Positions 56,898 to 64,000 of a DNA stretch of 64,000 nucleotides are shown in pieces. The translations under genes and the position numbers were made by a program. Under the pieces are notes generated by a model. The model was not told where the DNA came from and made no database searches. It was given only the letters and a program-made list of their open reading frames with translations. Each line of letters begins with the position of its first letter. Within the stretch, counting starts at the first letter, position 1. The stretch is from an uncultured Gammaproteobacteria bacterium (lineage in GTDB: Bacteria > Patescibacteriota > Patescibacteriia > Magasanikbacterales > GWA2-37-8). The stretch spans positions 65,901-129,900 of the forward strand of contig CAZBWU010000003.1 of assembly GCA_964496095.1 (NCBI GenBank), read 5' to 3'.

Positions 56898-57653
56898 TTA
56901 TTTCATTTTAATATTCCGCTTGGTCACCCACTGCATAGCTCCAAACAACAAAACCGAAACACCAAGCATGACCGCCAAAGAAATATTTGGATTCAAATCA
57001 GAATAACCGGTAATAGCATAACGGAAAAAATTAACATTATGATGAAGCGGGTTAAAAAGACTTATAATATTCCAAGGACTTGGCAACCCAGCAATTGGAT
57101 AAAAAACCCCCGCCAAAAATATCATTGGTTGCATCACAAACGTATTCATAAAAGTCAGCGCTTCAAAATTCTTGGCCGCAAAACCAAAAGCTACACCGAG
57201 CATCCCAAATTCCAAACCAGTAAAAAATAACGCTAAAATAAAATACAATGGATGCGCAGGCAAACCTAAACCAGGGATAAACCAAACTGTAGCCAAAATC
57301 GCAATACAAAAAGTAATTACTCCACGAGTGAGAGCGGCCAAGGCATAGGCAATTCCAATGCGCCACGGCGCAATTGGCACTAATTGCAAATCTATAATAT
57401 TGCCTAAATTTTTGGCAATTACGAGCGCAAAAGACGGATTGGAAAAACTATTATTGATTACTAGCATGGCAAGTAAACCAGTATAAACAAAAGTTAAATA
57501 CGGTAAACCGCTTACCTCGCGCCCAGATGTCACAATACCAAAAACCCCCAAATATAAAGCAATAGAAACAATCGGACTAAAAACCGTATCCATCCAAATT
57601 TTTTGGAAACGTTTTACTTCTCTGGAATATAATGCCCACATGTTTGTTTGCAT
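56898..57653 (-). CDS. ABC-2 type transporter permease
   Basis: 6 TM, 251 aa, directly downstream of the ABC ATPase. Confidence 0.65.
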   Translation of the reverse strand: MQTNMWALYSREVKRFQKIWMDTVFSPIVSIALYLGVFGIVTSGREVSGLPYLTFVYTGLLAMLVINNSFSNPSFALVIAKNLGNIIDLQLVPIAPWRIGIAYALAALTRGVITFCIAILATVWFIPGLGLPAHPLYFILALFFTGLEFGMLGVAFGFAAKNFEALTFMNTFVMQPMIFLAGVFYPIAGLPSPWNIISLFNPLHHNVNFFRYAITGYSDLNPNISLAVMLGVSVLLFGAMQWVTKRNIKMK

Positions 57654-57657
57654 ATTA

Positions 57658-58563
57658 TTATTTATTATCTGTCAATTTCAAAAATATATGTTCAAGAGAA
57701 GCCGCCTCAGAACGGATTGATTTTAGATTGTGATTATAATGACTAGTAAGCTTGGCCATATCGGTCGCCAAATCTTTACTAATTGGATATTCATATTCCA
57801 CTCCCACTTCTGACACTCCGACCAGTGGTGCCACGGCACGATCAAACAATTCAAAATGAATTGTGTTTTTGGAAAATTCTTGTTGAATATCTTTGAGCTT
57901 GCCGTTTTTGATCAAATGACCATGGTCCACTAAAGCGATATACTCGCACAACTGTTCTGCTTCTTCCAAATAATGTGTTGTAAATACAATAGTAGTCCCC
58001 TCATCATTTAGCCGACGCACCAGGCTCCAAATCTTTTGGCGCAAACTGACATCCACTCCGGCCGAAGGCTCATCCAAAATAAGTAACTTTGGTTTATGCA
58101 AAATCGCTTTGGCAACCATCAAACGTCGTTTCATACCACCAGAAAGATTGCGAGCGCGTTCGTGAATCTTGTCTTCAAGTCCCAAATCTTCTAATACTTG
58201 CTTGATTCTAATTTTGCGGTCAGCGCGAGACACGCCATACATCCCGGCAAAATAATACAGGACTTCTTCTACCGTAAAAGCCATTTCCACCACAATCTCT
58301 TGAGGCACAATACCAATCATCTGCTTGGTATTACTTGCTTCTTTGGCTACATCTAACCCAAACACTTCAATCTTGCCTTCAGAGGGACGCAAAATACCAC
58401 TAATCATATTGATCAGTGTTGATTTGCCAGCACCATTTGGCCCCAAAAGACCATAGATTTTGCCTTGTTCAATATCTAAAGAAATATTATCCACGGCTTT
58501 GAACTCTTCACCCTTGGAATTTTTGAAAACTTTTGTGACCTGATTGATACGGAGAGGGAGCAT
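57658..58563 (-). CDS. ABC transporter ATP-binding protein
   Basis: Walker A ...GLLGPNGAGKSTL..., signature ...LSGGMKRRL..., Walker B ...LLILDEPSAGVD.... Confidence 0.85.
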   Translation of the reverse strand: MLPLRINQVTKVFKNSKGEEFKAVDNISLDIEQGKIYGLLGPNGAGKSTLINMISGILRPSEGKIEVFGLDVAKEASNTKQMIGIVPQEIVVEMAFTVEEVLYYFAGMYGVSRADRKIRIKQVLEDLGLEDKIHERARNLSGGMKRRLMVAKAILHKPKLLILDEPSAGVDVSLRQKIWSLVRRLNDEGTTIVFTTHYLEEAEQLCEYIALVDHGHLIKNGKLKDIQQEFSKNTIHFELFDRAVAPLVGVSEVGVEYEYPISKDLATDMAKLTSHYNHNLKSIRSEAASLEHIFLKLTDNK

Positions 58564-58615
58564 AAAAAATATTTTAGAAGTGGCTATTATATCAGAAGAC
58601 CAAAAAAATTCAAAT

Positions 58616-59767
58616 CTAGATTTTCTTAATCAACCCCTTACTCACCCACTCCCCAAACCCAATTCGATACCAACCATTTTTTTCTTCAAACACACGCACG
58701 AAGTCTATTTTGTTAATTTTTCTCACAATCGCATACTTGGCAGCTGGACCGCTACGAACATTGAGACCGTCGGTTGTCGGTGTACCTCTAGCAATAATTG
58801 TCAGTGCCCCCATCATCACTGGCAAAGTACGAGACGGCTCGACAAAATATTGTCCAGGCAAATTATAGCCACAACTGGCACTACCTCCACCGTCGGCTTC
58901 CATTTGATTTTCTACTGGAACTCCAGCAAGGCTTAGAGCTTGGCTTGCTTCACCGATTGTAGCGGACTGACTGCAATAGATAACGACTTCTTGTTTGTTT
59001 GGCATTACGCCGATAAACAAACGAGCAGTTCTTCCGTTACCACCATCGGATTTTGCCACATTGGGAGCGAAGCCTTCTAGCCCTTGATCGCCACTGGTAG
59101 TGCCAACAAAAATATCAGCGTCAAAATCTTGGATATTGGCTTTGCCTGTTCGGTTGTTTATCAATAACATTTTACGTGAATTAGCCATATCAAAATCAGG
59201 ACGGCTACCACTAGAAATAAACGGATTACCTCCAATCGTAGTTTTAAGAGCCAAGCTAAGATCTGAAGTTGGTAAGTTAATATTAAAAAATGGCGCGTTC
59301 CAAACGAATTTTGCATCTGGGTTCATAGACTTACCAGATTCAGCCACAAACCGCGCAAAGGCAAAATTATGAAAATTACTTGTTACTGATACGGGAGCAT
59401 CTACAAGAATCGGCGGAATATTAACACCATCGGTGTTAGTCGGAGGAATAATCGTAATAGAGGGCGTAGAATCTCCGAGAGGTATAGTGATATTAAAATT
59501 AGCATTCGCTGGACCCCAGTCTAAAGGTACAGTTGAAGTTGACGCAATAAATTGAATTTGGTTTTGGGATAAATTAATACGAGTCAAAAAATCCAATGAA
59601 CCACTACCGCGTGGAGCTTTAAAAAAACTGGCGATGCCCGGCGCTTTCGCCCAACTGATAGAAGTATATTCTTCCGGGGTTGTTGGTTTCCAGGTAGCCG
59701 CTTGTGATACTAACGGCGTTGCCAAGAAAACCAAAAGCGCGAAGAGACTGATAAATATTTTCTTCAT
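58616..59767 (-). CDS. secreted phosphodiester-glycosidase-like protein with C-terminal bacterial SH3 domain
   Basis: Signal peptide. ...ENQMEADGGGSASCGY... fits the DGGGS motif of the NAGPA/phosphodiester glycosidase family. C-terminal ...GLNVRSGPAAKYAIVRKI...NGWYRI... is SH3b-like. Confidence 0.45.
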   Translation of the reverse strand: MKKIFISLFALLVFLATPLVSQAATWKPTTPEEYTSISWAKAPGIASFFKAPRGSGSLDFLTRINLSQNQIQFIASTSTVPLDWGPANANFNITIPLGDSTPSITIIPPTNTDGVNIPPILVDAPVSVTSNFHNFAFARFVAESGKSMNPDAKFVWNAPFFNINLPTSDLSLALKTTIGGNPFISSGSRPDFDMANSRKMLLINNRTGKANIQDFDADIFVGTTSGDQGLEGFAPNVAKSDGGNGRTARLFIGVMPNKQEVVIYCSQSATIGEASQALSLAGVPVENQMEADGGGSASCGYNLPGQYFVEPSRTLPVMMGALTIIARGTPTTDGLNVRSGPAAKYAIVRKINKIDFVRVFEEKNGWYRIGFGEWVSKGLIKKI

Positions 59768-59786
59768 AGATAATTTATATAATTAA

Positions 59787-60194
59787 TTATATCAATGGCG
59801 CAGCCTCACCCACTGCCTCATCGTCAGCATCGGCGTCAGCATCAGCTTTGGTGTGATGCACACGACCATCAATATGATTTGGTGGAGCATAGACAGTATA
59901 GACTTTTAGATCTTCTGTGCCGGTATTACGAAAATTATGTTTGGTACCAGGAGAAACTACATACACGTCCCCTTCGCCGATAGGAAATTTTTTATCATCA
60001 ATAATCGCTTCGCCTATGCCAGAGAGAAAAAATAATGTTTGCTCTGTAAACTTATGAGTTTCTTGTCCAATCTCACCATCAGGAGGAATACTCATTACCA
60101 CCAGTTGACTTTTCTTCCCAGTAAACAAAACCCGACGAAAATTGTCGTTCTCCTGGGTATCTTTGACGATATTTGTGTTGTAGCTCATATGCAT
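59787..60194 (-). CDS. cupin domain protein
   Basis: ...GQETHKFTEQTLFFLSGIGEAIID...GDVYVVSPGTKHNFRNTG... is a two-motif cupin. Asp/Ala-rich tail. Confidence 0.6.
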   Translation of the reverse strand: MHMSYNTNIVKDTQENDNFRRVLFTGKKSQLVVMSIPPDGEIGQETHKFTEQTLFFLSGIGEAIIDDKKFPIGEGDVYVVSPGTKHNFRNTGTEDLKVYTVYAPPNHIDGRVHHTKADADADADDEAVGEAAPLI

Positions 60195-60256
60195 TTAGTT
60201 ATATGAATTAAACAATATCTGTCTAAAGATATAGTAACACGCTTTGCTTTATATAC

Positions 60257-60583
60257 CTAAACCGAAGTCAAGGGATAACCAAGCTTACGCCAAGCTAGCA
60301 AACCACTACTGAGACTATATAATTCATCGGTCAAACCGGCAGTAGCTAGTTGCGCCAAAGCCAACTGACTGCGACCTCCCGATAAACAATATAAATATAT
60401 TTTTTTATAACTACGCAAAGCATCAACTTGAGTCATTATCTCGTCTACTGGCATATTCTTTGCTCCCGCAATCGCGCCCTTGGCAAACTCGGCAGGCGTG
60501 CGCACATCAACAATAATACTTTCAGGCATTCCTTGATTGATAAGAGCGTATAATTCTTCAGCGGAGATTTGTTTACCTGTCAT
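60257..60583 (-). CDS. rhodanese-like sulfurtransferase domain protein
   Basis: 108 aa, active-site loop ...YLYCLSGGRSQ.... Confidence 0.75.
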   Translation of the reverse strand: MTGKQISAEELYALINQGMPESIIVDVRTPAEFAKGAIAGAKNMPVDEIMTQVDALRSYKKIYLYCLSGGRSQLALAQLATAGLTDELYSLSSGLLAWRKLGYPLTSV

Positions 60584-60723
60584 AAAATTATAGTTTAAAA
60601 ATATCTTAAAGCTCTGTTATTCTATCTTTTTAAAATATTTTTGTCTACCCAAATAAAATCACAGACGATTGACGCTTTTTAATGTCAGGAATATAATATT
60701 GCTATTCTAAAATTTTAAAAAAT

Positions 60724-62391
60724 ATGCAAAATATTCTAAACAGGATGAAAACAAACTGGAAATCAGGCGTCACTGTTTCTCTTATCTCTATTCCCCTTTC
60801 AGTTTCACTTGCGGTCGCCTCACAGTCCACACCTATAGCTGGGATTATTACGGCTATTTGGGCTGGGCTAATCGCATCTTTACTAGGAGGTAGTATTTAT
60901 AATATCGTCGGTCCAACCGGCGCACTTTCCGGTGTTATCGCTGCCTACGCACTCACCCACGGCGCCGACACTATCAGCATGCTGGCCATTGTGACTGGAA
61001 TATTTGTCGCTGTTGCCTATATTTTCAAATTAGAAAAATATCTTGTCTTTGTGCCATCAAGCGTTATGCATGGCTTTACTCTTGGCGTGGCATTTATAAT
61101 CGGCTTTGGACAATTTAATTATGCTTTTGGTTTACATGGACTAACAAAACATGAAAAGTTTATTTCCAACCTGTCGGAATCCTTTCTTCATACTAACCAA
61201 ACCTACCTACCATCACTACTAGTTTTTCTCGCTTTTTTTATCGCCTTAATAATTTTGCGCAAACTATTACCGCGCGTGCCTGGAGCTATTGTCTTATCCC
61301 CGATTGGAATCTTGCTCGGCTATTTGGGTAGCCAACATATCATACCTTTACAACTGGACACTTTGGGCAGTAATTTTACCACTATTAGTGGCAAACTATT
61401 TCAAGCTCCTCATTTATTTTTTCACATGTCGCTTGTCAGCACTGGTTTTGCGGTAGCGCTAGTAGCAATTCTTGAGACCATGCTCTCTGCCAAAATTGCC
61501 GACGGCATGACCAAAACCAAACACAACGAACGCAAAGAAATGCTCGGACTATCCCTGGCCAATATCGCTTCTGGCCTCACAGGCGGTATTCCCGCCACCG
61601 CCGCGCTAGCTCGCACTTCGCTCAATATCAAAACTGGCGCCACTGACCGCATGTCTGGCACTATTAACAGTATTAGTATTGCTGTTATTTCCTTACTCTT
61701 CCTGGGCTACTTCAAATATATACCCATGGCCGTGATAGCTTCCATTCTCGCTATGGTCGCTGTAAACATGGTGGAGACCGAACATTTTATTCGTTACTAT
61801 CGTTTTGATAAAGTTGGTTTTGGCGTGGCCTTACTAGTGGCGTTTGTGACTGTCTATGAAGATCCAATTGTTGGTATCTTGCTTGGCACAGCTGTGGCGT
61901 TGGTTATTTTTATGGAAAAATTATCGCACGGACAATTTGATTTATATTTAAACAAATACAAAGAAGGACAAGTTGGTATGATGTCGGGAGAAAAATTAAC
62001 CGAGATAAAAGAAAATCCTGATATCCTTCTTTACTCTTTCAAAGGCACACTGATGTATATCAACAGTCAAGCGCATTTGCGTCGTTTTGAGACCAATCTG
62101 AAGGGCTACAGCGCTATTGTCTTGCGCTTACGTGAAGTGTATTTTGTGGATCTAGATGGGGTGGAAGCATTGGATGAAATAATAGAACTAATACGCCACA
62201 AAGGACAAAAGGTAGTAGTGACTGGCGTCAACGCTTGGATCGCGGAACTATGCGAACAAAACTCAAAACAATACCGCCATCTCAAAAATGAAGGTCTGGT
62301 CTTTGATAAGGCCACTCAAGCTCTAAGCTATTTAGGCGTGCAGGCTTCTGAAGCAACTTTACCACCAGCTACTGTACCAGTTCAAATTTAA
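60724..62391 (+). CDS. SulP family anion transporter with C-terminal STAS domain
   Basis: ...GVTVSLISIPLSVSLAVASQ... SulP signature region, about 11 TM, C-terminal STAS (...LRLREVYFVDLDGVEALDEI...). Confidence 0.85.
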   Translation: MQNILNRMKTNWKSGVTVSLISIPLSVSLAVASQSTPIAGIITAIWAGLIASLLGGSIYNIVGPTGALSGVIAAYALTHGADTISMLAIVTGIFVAVAYIFKLEKYLVFVPSSVMHGFTLGVAFIIGFGQFNYAFGLHGLTKHEKFISNLSESFLHTNQTYLPSLLVFLAFFIALIILRKLLPRVPGAIVLSPIGILLGYLGSQHIIPLQLDTLGSNFTTISGKLFQAPHLFFHMSLVSTGFAVALVAILETMLSAKIADGMTKTKHNERKEMLGLSLANIASGLTGGIPATAALARTSLNIKTGATDRMSGTINSISIAVISLLFLGYFKYIPMAVIASILAMVAVNMVETEHFIRYYRFDKVGFGVALLVAFVTVYEDPIVGILLGTAVALVIFMEKLSHGQFDLYLNKYKEGQVGMMSGEKLTEIKENPDILLYSFKGTLMYINSQAHLRRFETNLKGYSAIVLRLREVYFVDLDGVEALDEIIELIRHKGQKVVVTGVNAWIAELCEQNSKQYRHLKNEGLVFDKATQALSYLGVQASEATLPPATVPVQI

Positions 62392-63065
62392 ATTTGATCC
62401 TGATTTGAAAAAGAAGACTGACCACTCTCATGTTCTTTGCTGTGCGCCCGAAGATCAAAAAATATTTTAACAGCCACAAACACCGCAATTATCGGCTGCG
62501 GTAGACCCAAAAGCAATATAGCAAAAGCGCCGATAAGAATTGTCAGTTGCATTGTATAAATTCTTTTGTACGGTCTTATCATAATCGACCAGAAACTTTC
62601 TTTATCTAGTGGTAATAAATATTTTTTAGTTAAAATTTGATTTGTATAAAATGAATAGCCATGACTGACAAAAAGCGAAAGAATTGCCCAGCGAATAGAA
62701 GGTACCTGTCGCAATGTCTCAAATGCTTGTTGTATCAAACCACCCTGATCTGATTGCCCCAAAAATATAACAATAAAAAATAGATGCGCCATCATAAAAA
62801 TACCGAAATGGACAATAAAAAAAGGAATAGCAACTAATTTTGCATTAATCGGCACACCTTCTCGCAATAACGCTGGAATAGGCATTAGATATATCAAGGC
62901 AATAGTAGCCAGAGCGATGACTGCGCTTTCCATCCAGTAAAGAAAAACGGTCTCAAATACATTCCAACCAAAAAATAAAACTCCGGCCAAAGGCACAAGG
63001 TTGGTAAGAACTAGTACTAATGAAGATGTTTCCATATTACCAATGCGTTTAGGCAAAGCAGGCAT
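62388..63065 (-). CDS. polytopic membrane protein (DUF6498-like)
   Basis: ...NLVPLAGVLFFGWNVFETVFLYWMES... plus about 6 TM. Start may be the internal METSS. Confidence 0.35.
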   Translation of the reverse strand: MPALPKRIGNMETSSLVLVLTNLVPLAGVLFFGWNVFETVFLYWMESAVIALATIALIYLMPIPALLREGVPINAKLVAIPFFIVHFGIFMMAHLFFIVIFLGQSDQGGLIQQAFETLRQVPSIRWAILSLFVSHGYSFYTNQILTKKYLLPLDKESFWSIMIRPYKRIYTMQLTILIGAFAILLLGLPQPIIAVFVAVKIFFDLRAHSKEHESGQSSFSNQDQI

Positions 63066-63109
63066 AAAGTTATTTAAAAATATTTATTTAAACTAAATAT
63101 AGGGTAACA

Positions 63110-63142
63110 AAAAACAAGGTTTTGAGCAACCTTGTTTTTTTA
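63110..63142 (-). terminator. rho-independent terminator
   Basis: aaaaaacaaggttttgagcaaccttgtttttttag, downstream of the 63199..63957 gene. Confidence 0.55.
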
Positions 63143-63198
63143 GCAGGCCTTGTGGGATGAGATTGGAACCTTTTTGGCTAGACTATAAGACAAAAAAA

Positions 63199-63957
63199 CT
63201 ACTCTGACTGACTTATAACTTTTTCTAAGACCTCCTCATACTTCTCTGTATTAAGGACATCATTGATTGTTTTATAAAAGGCACAAATCCCCTTTAAATA
63301 TACTTCGTCAGTATTAAACTCATTAAAAGGTTCAAGGAGCTTGCTTTCGATTTTTTTAATATCCTTTCCTGTGGCTTGAAAATCTATATAGGTTTCCATT
63401 AACAAAATAGCTACTCTAAAATTAAATTGGTTAAAGCTATTCAGGTTATCGGCTGATTCAATATTACCAAGAAAAAAGGTGAACAGATAGTGAGATCCTT
63501 CTTCCTCTTCATTATTTACTATTGAATGCATTTTTTTTATTTTTAATATATTTTCTTTTGCTGCGTCAAGATCATTTTGATATATATTTAAGGAAGCTCT
63601 ATTGTAGAGACTTAAAAAAATCTGTCCCTTGTCTTTTTTATCAATATAACCATGAGCGTTATCCAAATTTTCTTTTGCGCTATCCAATTCACCGAGCTTT
63701 AGACACACAAAACCAAGATTATTATACAATTCAAACGTCGGCTCATAATGTAATTTTAATTGCTCAAAAATGAACTTACTTTTCTTATATTCTTTGTCTT
63801 CAATCGCAAAATCTACCCCAACAGAATCAACCAATTGATAAAGCGTTCTTTGGTCTTCTTTTTGTCCCTCTAGGAATTTTATTTTTTCAAAAATTTTTTC
63901 AACTGATAATTCTGGTGTACTATGAGTTTCTGCTTTTATGATTATAGAATTTTGCAA
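63199..63957 (-). CDS. TPR-like helical repeat protein, hypothetical
   Basis: 252 aa with tetratricopeptide-like periodicity (...YNNLGFVCLKLGELDSAKENLDNA...YNRASLNIYQNDLDAAKENI...). Confidence 0.35.
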   Translation of the reverse strand: MQNSIIIKAETHSTPELSVEKIFEKIKFLEGQKEDQRTLYQLVDSVGVDFAIEDKEYKKSKFIFEQLKLHYEPTFELYNNLGFVCLKLGELDSAKENLDNAHGYIDKKDKGQIFLSLYNRASLNIYQNDLDAAKENILKIKKMHSIVNNEEEEGSHYLFTFFLGNIESADNLNSFNQFNFRVAILLMETYIDFQATGKDIKKIESKLLEPFNEFNTDEVYLKGICAFYKTINDVLNTEKYEEVLEKVISQSE

Positions 63958-64000
63958 GTATTGGTCATCATAGGTTTTTATATGCTCATTTAACTTCTCA

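Noticed and set aside
60257-62391. Rhodanese plus SulP as a novel sulfur system
   Set aside because: Divergent rhodanese-SulP pairs are common and ordinary.

Overview
This 64 kb window is AT-rich and gene-dense, and reads like a Patescibacteria/CPR-type genome. Coding regions are short-spaced, mostly on the minus strand, and many intergenic gaps hold one palindromic repeat family. Recognisable housekeeping genes are smpB next to a tmRNA, infC-rpmI-rplT, ppsA, ligA, a type IV pilus block (prepilin peptidase, pilin, CheY-like receiver, PilM), cysS, dnaX, folD, secDF, secA, tdk, a DEAD-box helicase, an ABC-2 exporter and a SulP permease with a rhodanese next to it. Two tRNAs are present, Asp-GTC on the minus strand and Gln-CTG on the plus strand. 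The features that housekeeping does not explain are listed below.

- **In-frame repeat insertions.** Two MITE-like palindromic families are present (A with tgtcatYcYga...gaatgaca ends, B with a gggaatccag core). There are at least 11 copies, including nested copies, and two of them sit in-frame inside secA and dnaX.
- **GC-rich cassettes.** Four small gene cassettes on the plus strand are visibly GC-rich against the AT-rich background. Each has its own ribosome-binding site or promoter and its own terminator.
- **tRNA-Asp island.** A roughly 6.5 kb accessory island lies 3' of tRNA-Asp. Three copies of an approximately 60-80 bp element delimit it into modules. It carries a GHKL ATPase with a STAS-like partner, a pseudo-tRNA fragment, and an XRE-regulated envelope thiol-redox module.
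- **Cobalamin capture locus.** A candidate cobalamin riboswitch precedes an operon that looks like a split transcobalamin-like capture system.
- **ATPase paralog pair.** A membrane-anchored VirD4/TraD-like P-loop ATPase has an ATPase-less paralog about 9 kb away.
- **Other oddities.** There is an apparent Zwf-Gnd fusion, a PpsA with a lipoprotein-like C-terminal extension, a Sec-exported pilin-domain paralog, a frameshifted GT2 gene and two promoter-plus-terminator small RNA candidates.

No CRISPR array, integrase or transposase was recognised.
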